A stretch of 64,000 nt of DNA, from positions 14,952,269-15,016,268 of the forward strand of contig NC_057719.1 in NCBI RefSeq assembly GCF_004010195.1, written 5' to 3'. Below the pieces are notes generated by a model, which was not told where the DNA came from, made no database searches, and saw only the letters and a list, made by a program, of their open reading frames with translations. This document shows positions 24,543-38,008 of this stretch, piece by piece; positions within the stretch are counted from its first letter, which is position 1, and each line of letters begins with the position of its first letter. This DNA is from Chiloscyllium plagiosum. Lineage: Eukaryota. Position numbers and translations under genes: made by a program.

Positions 24543-24938
24543 CTTTGAATGCAGAAAGAAACAGCCTGGTGATGATGGGGGAAGACAAAAGGACCATCAC
24601 AACTAGCATTGAAATCTTTTTGGACCAGGAGAGCCCAATTCAGAGTAGAGAATGGCATATTGTTATGGGGAGCAAGAGTGATTGCCCCAAGCAAAGTTCA
24701 CTGCAAAATACTTGCTGAAGTCCATTAGGGTCACCCAGAGGTCTCCAAATTGAAGATGCTGGTGAGAAGTTATGCCCTGGTGGCCATGCATGGATGCAGA
24801 CATAGCCATGTTGGTGGGGCAGTGCCCAGAGTGCTAACAAGGACAAAAACTATTGCCAGCAGCTCCCTCACATCCAAGTAACCTGGATGCAGGTTAAATT
24901 CTGACTATGCAGGTCCTTTCATGCCCTCAGTGTTCTTG

Positions 24939-25200
24939 GTTAAAAATCACACCACACCAGGTTATAGTCCAAGAGGTTTATTAAGAAGCACTAGCTTTCA
25001 GACCACTGCCCCTTCATCAGGTGGTGGTGGAGTATAGGATCGTAAGACACAGAACCTTGTATGATCTTATATTCCACAACCACCTGATGAAGGAGCAGTG
25101 CTCCAAAAGCTAGTGCTTCCAAATAAACGTGTTGGACTATGATGTGGTGTTGTGTGATTTTTAACTTTGTACACCCCAGTCAAACACCGACATCTCCAAA
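24939..25200. mobile_element. PLE foldback insertion
   Basis: Inverted ttaaaaatcac...gtgatttttaa; flanks cagtgttctt / caatgttctt. Confidence 0.82.
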
Positions 25201-26133
25201 CCAATGTTCTTCGTCATTATACACAACCACTCACAGTGATTGGACATGCTTTGGGTCCACTTGTCAAATGTGGGATAATAGAAACACTGTTTGCATCTTT
25301 TTCAATACACACTGGAATGTTGGTCACAGATAACAGGCCATTGTTTACCAGCAGGGAATTTGAGTATTTCCTATAGCCAAATAGGAGTCAACATGTAAAA
25401 ACAGCTCCATACCACTCATCATCCAATAGTCTGGCAGAAAGAACTGTGCAAGCTTTGAAGGCTGGCTACAAGAAACAGCCTACAACCTCGCTAGATACCA
25501 AGATGTCACAGTTCTTATTTGATTATGGAATGATCCCACATGCAACTTCACAGGTAGCACTGACAGATTTGTTAATGGGGAGAAGATTCCTACTAGGTGA
25601 AGTAGATCTTGGGGGGACAGTGAAACGGAATCAGGAATGCCAACATCAGACACAAACGAGAGAGACAGTTTGATAAAGGGAATGAAGTTTGGTGTAGGAA
25701 CCATGGGAATGGCCCTACATGGGTGAGAAGCATGGGTGACACGAGACCAGGACCAGAGATGTATAAAGTTTGGGAAGGTGCAATGGCCTTGAACAAGGAC
25801 TGTATGAAAGACATGAAAACAATTCAGGAGCAAAACATGTCCTGCTCCTTGGAACAGTCAGAAAGGCTGCCAGAATCCATGGTTTCACCCTCTCTGATGA
25901 GTCCCTAGAATCTGAGATAGACATAACAATATAGCCACCTTGATGTCTTTGCAGCCAGAAGAAGAGGGTGAAATTCTGCCGAGGCACTGCTGGTGCAAGA
26001 AGCAAGCTCCTGCGTGTGACACGCCACCCGAATCAGAGGTTGTGTCAGAGGAACCTGACCCGGTGCTAAAATGACCCAGGAGCCTCTCCAAGATAAAGGG
26101 TCAGTCTGTGTCTTTGAACTCAAAGGGGGAGGG

Positions 26134-26361
26134 CATAACAATTGTGACGAAGTCATCCAGGCAGACCACACAGAATATGTGTTCCCTGATTGGGGCTGTT
26201 AACCGGGCCCAATCAGGGAACCCTGGCTGACAGGTAAAAATGGGAGTATCAGAGATACTGACACTGTGAAAGCTGACTCGGAATGAAACATTACTGAGGT
26301 CAAGGACTGTAAATAAAGGGTGACTTGGTGACAGGATACTGGCTTCCATGGAGTTATTTCA
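26134..26361 (+). mobile_element. 3' LTR of the Gypsy element, with no insertion at the TATA-like site
   Basis: Follows the PPT; ccaatc boxes, aataaa, ends gagttatttca. Confidence 0.82.
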
Positions 26362-27054
26362 TATTGGTCATCCTAGTTGCCCTAGTTTTATACTTACTAC
26401 ATGGAAGCAGTAACACCTGTAACAGTCTATCATCATAAGTTGAATGTGTAGCAAGAAGGTTATGTGGCTAGCTTACTATGAAAAAACTTTTTTAATTTGG
26501 CCAAAATTGGGCAGGTATGTAGTTCAAATCACCTCAAAGTTTGGCCTACCAGATGTCTCATTAATGTCCCATACATGAGGTTTTAATCTTTTTTTTATTG
26601 GGTGTCATTTTAAGAACTCCTGTCTGAAACCATCAAAGTGCTTCATTAAATATAGAGCTAAAACTTCCTGTTCATTTATTTATTAATTAGTTATACGATT
26701 GACGATTGACTTGTCATTGCCTGTTTAGGTCTTTGAGTGTTTCATGTGATAATTTGGTGATTGGACAGATGACAAAATCACAGCATCTTAACCCAGGCAT
26801 CTGAGAACTGAGTGAACAGAGAAACCAACAGTTTCATTCTGATGGAGAACAACAGCCCACAGACTGAGAAATAGTGTAATTTTACAGTCGGTGGATTCAA
26901 TCCCAAGTTAGGAAGAGAAGTTAAGGAAAGAAAGGCTGGAGTAAAAGACTAAGAGAAGGAAGATTAAGGTCTTGATCTTCCAGTTTTTTTGACTAAGTGT
27001 ATGTCAGGTAGGGTTTGTTAAAGGGGTTCTCACCACTGGAACCATTCTTATAAA

Positions 27055-27640
27055 TTGCTTCTGCCCTCTCTCCATCCTTTCTAAAGTGTGATGCCCAGAA
27101 CTATACACAATACTGCATCTGTGGTCTAATCTGTATCTTACACAAATTCAGCATCACCTCTTGCTCTTGTACTCTAAGTTCATATTAATATAGGCTAAGA
27201 CACTGCATGCTTTATTAATTATTATCTCCATCTATCCTGCTTTTTTCATTAATCTATGTACGTATACACGCAGGTCCCTCTGCTCTTGCACTCCCATTAG
27301 CATTGTACTCCTTATTCTATATTGTCTCACAATGTGCTTCCAACCAAAATGCATTGCCTCATACCTCTATATTCCACCTCATCTGGCACCTGACCGCACA
27401 CTCCACCAACGTGTCAATGTCCTTTCAGAGTTCCACACTGCCCTCCTCACAATTCGCAATTCTACCAACTTTCATATCGTTGCCCTGTTTGAAGTTGAAA
27501 TTGCCCTGGCGCATCAAGATCTAAATAAATAATATAAATCAGAAAAAAACAAGGATCCTAACTCTGCCCCTTTGTGAACTTCACTTCACATCTTCCTCAA
27601 ACCCAATGTGTAGAAAGGTCATCAATATCCCTTTCCTCTC
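27055..27640 (-). mobile_element. Old CR1/L2 RT fragment
   Basis: Reverse of gcagtattgtgtatagttctggg (YCV.FW motif) and upstream RT-like sequence. Confidence 0.6.
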
Positions 27641-28081
27641 CATCAGGATAATTTGTTCATCTTCTCTTTGATCCTTCACACTCACTCTATCACTGCCACT
27701 GGACCCACCTCCCATCAAGTTTGATGCTTTACCATCTTCACCATTGCCTGTAAGGTCTTGCCCACTCACCCTCACCAACTCATATCTGACACTTCCAACT
27801 CTGCCAGCCTCAAGCAGGCCTTGCACTCAGAGGTTGCCAAGATCTGCTGAGTGAAGGCTATTCCCCTTTGATTTGACTGAGGCCTACTGACAACCATGGC
27901 CTGCTTCCTGGCTTTGCATCTGCACCAAATGGCAGAGCAAGTCAGCACCAATATCTCCATAAGAAAGGGCAAAGAGCAAAAGGGAAGGCAAGGCAATGCA
28001 AGGCAGGGATGGTGTGAGTATCCTGTTAGGCTCAGAATGAGTGAGCACTATGACAGTGAGTGAAAAGACTAGAAATACAGG

Positions 28082-28307
28082 ACATAGAGGTCCTGGGCCT
28101 CCTTCACCGCCGCTCCCTCACCACCAGACGCCTGGAGGAAGAACGCCTCATCTTCCGCCTCGGAACACTTCAACCCCAGGGCATCAATGTGGACTTCAAC
28201 AGCGCTCTCTGCCTTTATTCCTGATGAAGGGCTTTTGCCCGAAACATCGATTTTGCTGAAGCTCCTCGAAGCTGCCTGAATTGCTGTGCTCTTCCAGCAC
28301 CATTGAT
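28082..28307 (+). mobile_element. PLE 3' fragment (endonuclease C-terminus plus hammerhead)
   Basis: RRLEEERLIFRLGTLQPQGINVDFNS; 13-bp TSD ctagaaatacagg at 28069-28081 and 28308-28320. Confidence 0.88.
28217..28252 (+). ncRNA. Minimal type I hammerhead ribozyme motif
   Basis: CUGAUGA-A-GGGC UUUU GCCC-GAAA-C-AUC with a short helix I. Confidence 0.65.
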
Positions 28308-28537
28308 CTAGAAATACAGGCCTAGTGCACTCCATAAGCTGGCACAAGGTCCTTGCTGCAGCATTACAATGAGAATTAGAGGCACAACATGAGGACCAGC
28401 GCTGAAATGCTGATGTGTCCTGTAAATGGATCAGAAGTGTGCATGAGGGTTCTTAGAGGCTGGCACATGTCAGGTGCCAAAGGGATGCATAGAACATGTC
28501 CTGGGATATGGCTGTCTGTTGTCCAACATGAGAATCA

Positions 28538-28870
28538 TTTTTATTTATTCATTCACGGGACAAGGGCATCACTGGTTGGGCAGCATTTACTGCCCATCCC
28601 TAATTGCTCAAGGGAAGTTAAGAGTCAACTACATTGCTGTAGGTCTGAAGTTACAAGTAGGCCAGACCAATTAAGGATGGCTGGCAGTTTCCTTCCCTGA
28701 AGGACATTAGTGAACCAGATGGGTTCAACAATGGAGTCATAATCATCATTTGACTCTTAATTCCAAATATTTATTGAATTCAAATTCCACCATCTGCCCT
28801 GATGGGATTTGAACCCAGGTTCCCAGAACATTATCTTTGTCCCTGGGTTAACAAATACCACATGGCCATT
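28538..28870 (-). mobile_element. tRNA-headed SINE with an L2-like 3' tail
   Basis: Minus strand gggttcaaatccc box B; ends ccgtgaatgaataaa like the LINE end at ~49080-49095. Confidence 0.7.
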
Positions 28871-30849
28871 GTTTCCCTTTCAAACAAACAGCAAGCTTTA
28901 CACACCAGGCAACCATTCTGGTTTCTATGTCACATTTTCCCAACTACTTCCCTTTCCTTGGGAGACCAGGAGCAATGGGATAAATCCTGCATGCCCAATG
29001 AGGAACAATAAATGTTTTCCCAGACCTCCTGCTATCCGTGGCAGTTAAATATGTTGGTTGACTCAACACCCCCACTGGTCTGATGCCTGCTTCCCATGAG
29101 AATCAGGACTCAAAACGTTAATCAAACTCAATTATCCTAAATGTAATCTTCGCAAGTAATGGACCTTGCAGCAAATTGATGGGAGACATTATGACGGAAA
29201 AATTGTACTTCAGTCAAAAAAATGTCTCAAAGCATTTCTTATACAATTCCACAAATACCAATACTCAGTTCATGAATTGTTGATGACATTGGAAGGGGAA
29301 AGAATATTAGTCAAAAGTCCTTTCCATTCTTGGAACAATGCATTGCATATTTTACCTGAAAGTGCAACAAGTCCTCTGTTTAACTTTGCATCTCACACAC
29401 ACACACATTATCTTTGCTACTGCATTGTTCCAGCAACAACTGTGTTTTCGGTGTTGCAATGAGCCTCTGACTTAAAAGCAATTATGCCACCCTCAGCTGG
29501 TCAACTAGCATCAAGAGTCAAAATAAGAATCTTTTTTCCGAAATATTTCACTGCAAAATAAACTATTGACATCGACTGCACCTACAAGTCATCAAACCAA
29601 ATTGGGACGGGTCACAGTATATAAATGACGCTGAGTGGAGGTGTCTGCATACTCTGTACACTCTGTTAATTTACCTTTTGAGAAGTCACAATTTTTTTTT
29701 CTGGACCCAGTGCTATCTCTACTAAAAAATGCCTTTACTCTCTGCCAAGTGTTGATTGGAACCTACTGGTCCACACTCAGATCAGCAGCCCATTCCGTAC
29801 TAATGAAAGCAACATGGGTTCCAAGTTACAACAGGGGCCACAGTGGTTTAGCTGTTCTGCAGTCGGACTGACTGATACAACAAGTAAGCCACATACCTGC
29901 AGGGTGAGATAGTGCAGGAATTGAACCTCTGGATTCTGTTGCATTTCAGGAATTAATTCTAAGTGGCACTTATCAACATTACACCCGCATCCACTTTAGA
30001 CCCATTAACTGAAGTAAGTGAGGGGTGAATGACAGTGACATAGTGGTCATGTCACTAGACTAGTAACTCAAGAGTCAAAGGTTATTGTTCTGGCTTCAAA
30101 TCCCACTGTTTCAGGTTGTGAAACTTAAAAGAAACTCCAGTGAGCAAGGAAGATGGCAGGCAATAATAACAAAACTAAATTCCTGGATAATTCCAGAACT
30201 TGGCTAGGTTGTACCATTGATGGGCACCATCATTTTCTTTTGCCACCTACTCTTTTGCCATGTGTACTCGAAGTAAATCATTAGCCATGCTATATTGAAG
30301 GCTCTGGCTAGGATTCTTCTATTTGGAATGAGTTATTTGACAATTGGTGTGACTTGATGTTGTGGGGATGAAAATAGCCAAACTGAACTAGGTCAGCCAT
30401 TTTGATTTTGTTCCAGTCAGGATTCGTGTTTCCGTTCAGCAATACAATGGATCTCATAGAAGTGCCATAGAAGATAGATGGTTTATATACTTCCCAAATG
30501 ATGGTGCAGAGTGATGGGTTGCAGCAATTAAGATTACATTCTGTATGTCTATTTCATTGGAAGACAAGACTCTGTCTGTTTTTTCTTAAGCCCACAATTC
30601 CACTCATGAAATTGAAGATCAATAGCCCCAGCCCATGGATTCTTAATAATCAGCTAAGAAATTATGACCTGACAAAACAAGGAATCGGTGACATGTGAAA
30701 AGCTACTCAATGGAATGGAATAAGAGCAGCCCTTTTACATATCATTGCGTTGAAATTCAATGTCCAAGGAAGGTCAGATGCCAGAAGACATTGCCTCACC
30801 AGTGTAACACACTGAAAACCAAGCCCCACTATTCCTGGAATCGTCACCA

Positions 30850-31220
30850 TTTAGAAGTCAAGAAAATCATGAGAGGCATAGATAAGGTAGATAACTAATA
30901 GCTTTTCCATATGGTAGGGGAGTCTAAAACTAGAGGGCTTAGGTCTAAGGTGAGAGGGAGCGATATAAAAGAGCTCAGAGGGGCAATCGCTTTCACACAG
31001 ACGGTGGTGAGTGCCTGTAACAGGCTGCCAGAGGTAATGGTGGAAGCAAGTACAATTTTGTCATTTTAGAAACATTTGGACAGGTACATGAAAGGGATAG
31101 GTATGGAAGGATATGGACCAAGTGCAGGCAAATGGGGACTAGTGAAATTGTGAAAATCGGGTGGCATGGAAGATGAGCTGAAGGGTCTAATTCCATGCAG
31201 TAGACTTCTATGATTCTGTG
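30850..31220 (+). mobile_element. CR1 3' end
   Basis: KIMRGIDKVD ORF2 end; ctatgattctgtgattct tail. Confidence 0.8.
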
Positions 31221-31504
31221 ATTCTAAGTTAAATAGTTTGAAAAGCTTGCAGAATTCGCCAACTTTGGTGCTTTTTTGACCTAGGTTGACAGAGAACATG
31301 GACCAAGTCTCAGTACTTAACAAGAATTACTGTTTTTTATTATTATTAACTAGGCTCTAACCCCCTTATAAACTCCCCTTCACACATAAACAGACAGGGC
31401 AAAAAACAATGGGTGTCATGGATGGGTGTGAAGACTGAGAAAGCAATTTAGTAGTCCGTGTTGTCAAAACAATCCTTTTATAAATCAGAAATCTGCTTCT
31501 TTTA

Positions 31505-31788
31505 GGATAGGGAGTAGCAGATTTAAAACAGAGATGAGGAATTCGCTCAAAGGGTCATGAATCTGTGTATTTCACTCCCCCAGAGTGCAATGGATGTGAG
31601 GACATTGAGTAAATTTAAGGAGGAGATAGGCAGATTTTGAATGAGTAATGCATTGAAGAGCTACAAAGACTGGGCAAGAAAGTGGAGTTGAGGCCAATAT
31701 GTGATCAGCCATGGTTGTATTAAATGTAAAACAGCCTCGAAGGGCTGAATCGCCGACTGCCAATCCCAATTTTTATGTTCTTATGATC
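31505..31788 (+). mobile_element. Old CR1 3' end
   Basis: gatcagccatg...ctcgaagggctgaat 3' UTR; ttatgttcttatg tail. Confidence 0.7.
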
Positions 31789-31789
31789 T

Positions 31790-32300
31790 TCCTTCTCCAG
31801 GAGCTCTCAATTGTTTGCAGGAGGCAGTCACCACCCATTTTAATCCCCCTTCGCACTCCCTTTCTGACACGACCATCTTCAGCCTCCTCCATTGCCACAG
31901 CAAATCAGACTTTAAATTGGAGGAACAACACCTCATCTTCTGCCTGGGCAGCCTAAAGCCCAGAGGACTCAACATTGAGTTCTCCAATTTCAAATAACCT
32001 TCCTTCCCAACCCCTGACTCCTTTCCCAGCCCCTTCCCTTCCCTTCCATTCCTCTGATTGACCCATACTTCCAGCTATCAACTGGATTCATTCCTCCCAT
32101 CAACCAACCCAGTGGTACCCTCTACCTGTCTTCATCTATCCCTACCTCACCACCCTGCGCCCCCCCCCCCCCCCTTTACCTGCAGCTCCCCTCACACACA
32201 CCTCCAGTCCTGAAGCAGGGTTCCACCCAAAATGTTGACTTCCCCACCTCCTGATGCTACCTGGCTTGCTGTGTTCTTCCAACGTCCTGCTTGTTTGCCA
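31790..32300 (+). mobile_element. PLE 3' fragment (GIY-YIG C-terminus, 3' UTR, decayed hammerhead)
   Basis: HFNPPSHSLSD...KLEEQHLIFCLGSLKPRGLNIEFSNFK*; cctgaagcagggttccacccaaaatgttg at ~32209. Confidence 0.82.
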
Positions 32301-33015
32301 CTGACATGGCATATCTAAGATCAGTGTATTGTCCTGTGGAAAGTACCATTCTGCAGTGCTAACCTCTTGGAGCACTCATCAGAAGTTTTGCAGCCTGTAT
32401 ACGAACAGTAAGAAATAGTCATTCATTGAGAGTAGAAATCAAGATGAGTTTTAAATGACAGAATGGTTGCACTGAAGATCACAGCACAGATTCCAAATAC
32501 CAATACGCCTTAGTCAGTTTGGGCTCTGAGTTGAGTGACTGGTTTATAGAGTATCAAGTTCTATTTTTATTGAAAAGATTACTTGATTTTTACAAGGTGT
32601 TTGGAATACTGCATTCCATGATGCTTCTCTTTTTATGACTTGTGATGGCTGAATAAATTAAGAATTCCACTCATATTGTCTAGGATTCTGAGACTCCTTG
32701 AAACTGGTTCAACTCCCGAAACCAAAGATTACGACATGACTATCTTTAAATCGTCGAAACGAAAGGTTGAATAATGGAATAAAAACTGTAAGAGTTCAAC
32801 AACCTCACATTTTGCTAAGATTACTGGCAGATTTGAAGTTGGCATGGGTAGTCAGCAAAAGAGCCACCAGAATTTTCTATGGATGGGGCATCAGGATGTA
32901 AAGTCAAGAGAGTGCAATGGGTATTTAAGTTGGTTATACTGGAGATAATAAACAAAAAGGAAAAGAGCAAATGTAAAAAGAAGAAAATAAATAAAGTAGA
33001 CAGAAGCAGATGAGC

Positions 33016-33118
33016 TGAAAATGTGTTGCTGGAAAAGCGCAGCAGGTCAGGCAGCATCCAAGGAGCAGGAGAATCGATGTTTCGGGCATGAGCCCTTCTT
33101 TAGGAATGAAGCAGAAAT
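33016..33118 (-). mobile_element. Short PLE terminal fragment
   Basis: 13-bp TSD gaagcagatgagc at 33003-33015 and 33119-33131. Confidence 0.8.
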
Positions 33119-33220
33119 GAAGCAGATGAGCCCCAGGCTCAGCCCTGCTACTCCGACACCATCTACTATTCTCACCACTAGGGGCAGTATACTGCATGTT
33201 CATAACATGAGAAAGACTTT

Positions 33221-33386
33221 AGGAGAAAATGAGGACTGCAGATGCTGGAGATCAGACCTGAAAAATGTGTTGCTGGAAAAGCGCAGCAGGTCAGGCAGCA
33301 TCCAAGGAGCAGGAGAATTGATGTTTCGGGCATAAGCCCTTCTTCAGGCTTATGCCCGAAACATCAATTCTCCTGCTCCTTGGACG
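33221..33386 (-). mobile_element. Short PLE fragment with an intact hammerhead core and partial foldback
   Basis: 14-bp TSD atgagaaagacttt at 33207-33220 and 33387-33400; minus strand CUGAAGA-A-GGGC UUAU GCCC-GAAAC. Confidence 0.85.
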
Positions 33387-33419
33387 ATGAGAAAGACTTT
33401 CCCTCATATTCTAGACTGT

Positions 33420-33580
33420 GATAGATAGATTTTTCAACAGGAAGGGAATCAAGGGTTATGGGTAAAGGGAAGAAATTGGAGTAGAGAATTATTGGATCAG
33501 TCATAATTTCATTGAATGGTAGAGGAGACTTGATGAGCTGAACAGCCGACTTCTGTTCTTACATCTGATGGTCTTATGCC
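33420..33580 (+). mobile_element. CR1 3' UTR fragment
   Basis: gggaatcaagggttatggg...gatcagtcat...ttgaatggt, as at 48870-48945. Confidence 0.65.
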
Positions 33581-33893
33581 TTTTAGTGCACACAACCAGC
33601 AATTTGTAACAGTCCTCAGCCAAAGTTGCGTCCACCTTAATATACAGTAATATGTGACGACAATCTCACACTCGTACCACAAGCCAGCAGTTTACGTGAC
33701 AATCTCTGCACGTGCAACAAGCAAGCAAGTCTTAAGGGAATAGTGCTCACCAAAGTCCATGGAGGTACTAATTAGTCAGGGGGTATGGAACAGTAAGTCA
33801 AGGGCAACCTTCAAAACTACTCCATTAGCTGTGATCCAGCATTTAGCCTGGGTACCTTGGTTAGGGAATCTGTTCTCTGCAGTCCAAGCAGTG

Positions 33894-33954
33894 CGCTTTT
33901 CCAGCAACACATTTCCAGCTCTGATCTCCAGCATCTGCAGACCTCACTTTCTCC
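33894..33954 (+). mobile_element. 61-bp PLE terminal fragment between 59-bp direct repeats
   Basis: 33835-33893 is identical to 33955-34013. Confidence 0.85.
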
Positions 33955-34194
33955 TCCAGCATTTAGCCTGGGTACCTTGGTTAGGGAATCTGTTCTCTGC
34001 AGTCCAAGCAGTGGATCATAGTCAATCCTGTGACTACATAGCAGCCAGCTTGAGGGATTTCTCTGAGAAAGCAATCTCAAAGGTGTTGTCAAACCAAGCT
34101 GAAGAAGGAATTGTAGAATAATGGAATATCCCAATATGATGATGAGACTCTGGCATCAGGAAAAGATTGAGAACAGGCATCAATCTAGAATAAG

Positions 34195-37100
34195 CATATA
34201 GAACATAGAACAGTGCAGCACAGAACAGGCCCTTCAGCCCATGATGTTGTGCGGACCATTGATCCTCATGTAAGGTAAACCTAATGTACGAACCCTCAAA
34301 TTTCTGTGACCATATGCATGTCCAGCAGTCTCTTAAATATCCCCAATGACCTCACTTCCACAACTGCTGCTGGCAACGCATTCCATGTTCTCACAACTCT
34401 TCGCTTAAAAGAACCCGCCTTTGACATCTCTATACTTTCTGCCAAACAGCTTAAAACTATGACCCTCCGTGTTAACAATTTCTGCCCTGTGAAAAAGTCT
34501 CTGGCTATCAATTCTATCTATGCCTCTCATTATCTTGTACACCTCAATTAGGTCTCCTCTCTTCCTTCTTTTTTCTAATGATAAAAGTCCGAGCTCAGTC
34601 AACCTCTCTTTGTAAGATAAGCCCTCCATTCCAGGCAGCATCCTGGCAAACATCCTCTGAACCCTCTCCAAAGCATCCACATCTTTCCTATAATAGGGCG
34701 ACCAGAACTGGACACAGTATTCCAAGTGNNNNNNNNNNNNNNNNNNNNNNNNNNNNNNNNNNNNNNNNNNNNNNNNNNNNNNNNNNNNNNNNNNNNNNNN
34801 NNNNNNNNNNNNNNNNNNNNNNNNNNNNNNNNNNNNNNNNNNNNNNNNNNNNNNNNNNNNNNNNNNNNNNNNNNNNNNNNNNNNNNNNNNNNNNNNNNNN
34901 NNNNNNNNNNNNNNNNNNNNNNNNNNNNNNNNNNNNNNNNNNNNNNNNNNNNNNNNNNNNNNNNNNNNNNNNNNNNNNNNNNNNNNNNNNNNNNNNNNNN
35001 GCTGCAGCCTACAACAGTCCTCTATACTGTCAACGACACCTCCAACCTTTGTGTCGTCTGCAAACTTGCTAACCCATCCTTCACTCTCCTCATCCAAGTC
35101 ATTAATAAATATTACAAAGAGTAGAGGCCCAAGGACAGAGCCCTGTGGAACACCACTCACCACTGACTTCCAGGCAGAATACTTTCCTTCCACTACCACT
35201 CACTGTCTTCTGTCGACCAGCCAATTCTGTATCCAGACAGCTAAATTTCCCCTGTATCCCATTCCTTCTGAACGAGCCTACCATAGGGAACCTTATCAAA
35301 TGCCTTGCTGAAGTCCATATACACCACAGCCACCGCTCGACCCTCATCAACTTGTCTAGTAACATTCTCAAAGAACTCGATAAGATTTGTGAGGCATGAC
35401 CTGCCCCTCACAAAGCCGTGCTGACTGCATTTAATCAAGCCATGCTCTTCCAGATGGTCATAAATCCTATCCCTCAGAATCCTTTCTAACACCTTGCAGA
35501 CGACAGACGTGAGACTGACTGGTCTGTAATTGCCGGGTATTTCACTATTTCCTTTCTTGAAGAGAGGAATTACATTTGCCTCTCTCCAGTCCTCAGGTAC
35601 AACTCCAGTGGAGAGTGAGGATGCAAAGATCTTCGCAAGCGGCAAAGCAATCACATTTCTCGCTTTCCAGAGCAGCCGAGGACAAATCTGGTCTAGTCCT
35701 GGCGACTGGTCAATCTTAATGTTTGTCAAATTTTTCAGCGCATCAGCTTCCTTAATCTCTATCCATTCCAGCATGCTTACCTGCTCCTCAATGGTTTCAT
35801 TCACTACAAGGTCCTTTTCTTTAGTAAAGATAGAAACAAAAAACTCAGTTAGGGCTTCCCCTACATCCTCAGACTCTATACACAAGTTCCTTATGCTATC
35901 CCTGATCGGCCTTACTCTTTCTTTGATCATTCTCTTATTCCTCACATACATGTAAAATGCTTTTGGATTCTCCCTAATCCGTTCTGCCAAGCCTTTATTA
36001 TGCCCTCTCCTGGCTCTCCTCAGACCATTTTTGAGCTCCTTCCTCACCTGCCTGTAATCCTCTAGAGCTGAGCAAGACCCTTGCTTCCTCCACCTTACGT
36101 AAGCTGCCTTCTTTCTTTTGACGAGAAGCTCCTCCGCTCTCGTCACCCAAGGTTCCTTTATCTTACCCCTTCTTGCCTATCTCAGAGGAACACATTTATG
36201 CATCACTTGCAACAACTGTTCCTTAAACAGTCTCCATGCCCTTTCCATGGATCAATTGCTCCCAGTCCATGCTTATCAACTAACATCTGATAGCATCACA
36301 GTTTCCTTTTCCCTAATTAAATATCCTCCCATTGTGCCTGCTTCTCTCCTTCTCCATAGCTATGTAGAATGTGAGACAGTTGTGGTCACTATCACCAAAA
36401 TGCTCTCCCACCGCAAGATCTGACACCAGCCCCGGCTCATTGCCGAACACCAAATCCAAAATGGCCTCTCCTCTCGTCAGCCTGTCAACGTACTGAGTTA
36501 GGAATCCCTCCTGAACACACCTCACAAAAACAGCTCCTTCCAAACCATCTGCTTGAAGGAGGTTCCAATCAATATTGGGAAAGTTAAAGTCACCCATTAC
36601 AACAATCCTACTACATTCACACTTTTCCAAAATCTGCTGACCTATGCTTTCTTCAATCTCCCTGCTGCTATTGTGGGGCCTGTAGTAAACTCCGAATGAG
36701 GTGACTGCTCCCTTACTGTTTCTAATTTCCACCCATACTGACTCAGTAGGCAGACCCTCCTCAAAAATGGTAATTTCTGTAGCTGTGATACCCTCTCTGA
36801 TTAGTAGTGCTACACCCCCTCCTCTTTTTCCCCCCTCCCTATTCTTTTTAAATGTTCTAAACCCTGGAACATCCAGCATCCATTCCTGCCCCGAGAAACC
36901 CATGTCTCTGTTATGGCCACAACATCATAGCACCAGGTACTGATCCATGCTCTAAGTTCATCACTTTCATTCCTGATACTCCTTCCGTTAAAGCAAACAC
37001 ACTTTAACCGATCCCTTGGTTCTTTCCCAGGAAATTCCTTCCCACTGGCTGCGCTACCTCTTGCTATTGCCTCATCTCCATCAACTCTCACCACCGGTAT

Positions 37101-37690
37101 ATAGCTCAGGTTCCCACTCCCCTGCCATACTGGTTTAAACCCTCCTGAACCACTTGAGCAAACCCTCCACCCAGGACATTGGTCCCCTTCCAGTTCAGGT
37201 GCAACCCGTCCTTCATGTACAGGTCCCACCTTCCCCAGAAGGCATCCCAATTATCTACATATCTGAAGCCCTCCCTCCTACACCAGCTGCGCAGCAACGT
37301 GTTAAGCTGCACCCACTCCCTGTTCCTCGCCTCACTATCTCGTGGCACCGGTAGTAAACCCGAGAACACTACTCTGTTCGGCCTGCTTTGCAGCTTCCAC
37401 CCTAACTCCCCGAAATCACTTTTTATATCCTCAATCCTTTTCCTGGCTATATCATTGGTGCCAATATGTAACACGATTTCTGGCTGTTCGCCCTCCCCTT
37501 TCAGAATCTTATACACCCGATCAGAGACGTCCTGGACCCGGCACCAGGAAGGCAATATACCTGCCGGGAATCTCAATCCTGACCACAAAATCGCCTGTCA
37601 ATTCTCCTAACAATCGAGTCTCCTACCACTAGCGCTTTTCTATTCTGCCCCCTTCCCTTCTGGGCCACAGTGTCAGGCTCAGTGCAAGCA
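34195..37690 (-). mobile_element. Long CR1 LINE (partial ORF1 SGNH esterase; ORF2 APE plus RT; frameshifted)
   Basis: ORF1 IVLHIGTNDI and KDGLHLN; APE VVAITETW, GDFNFPNIDW, SDHN; RT NYRPVSLTS, DFSKAFDKV, KFADDTK; (gttctat)n tail; N gap inside. Confidence 0.95.
34729..35000. other. Assembly gap
   Basis: Run of N. Confidence 1.
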
Positions 37691-37789
37691 ACTGCTCTAG
37701 CATCCATAACCCACTTTTTTGAATGTCCACACAATACTAAACAAGAAAGCTTAATTCAGTTGCTATAAAATCAAGCAATAAACTTATAT

Positions 37790-38008
37790 TCAATAAAGGA
37801 AATGATATCACCACAGGAAATGACATCACCAATGCAAAGAAACCCAAACATATAAATGGAAAGCAGGAATCATCAGCTTTGTCCGGAGGCTCACTGAAGA
37901 TGATATCTAGTATGGTGATGAAGCATCTGAAAATGAGACTTCCAGCTCAGTGAGCAAACCTATATCCAGAACCTCAACCTGAGCTACAAATCTTCTCAAA
38001 ACTCGCTA
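37790..38008 (+). mobile_element. PLE 3' terminal fragment of a further family, with decayed hammerhead
   Basis: cactgaagatgatatctagtatggtgatgaagcatc (CUGAAGA...GAA(G)CAUC). Confidence 0.6.

Larger units (their letters stand above)
22320..26361 (+). mobile_element. Decayed Gypsy LTR retrotransposon (pol remnants, PPT, 3' LTR) with nested insertions
   Basis: RT [33 protein letters not shown] (~23401-23500); IN WWPCMDADI, DYAGPFM, TDNRPLFTSREF, TAPYHSSSNSLAERTVQ; polypurine tract at 26122-26133. Confidence 0.85.
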
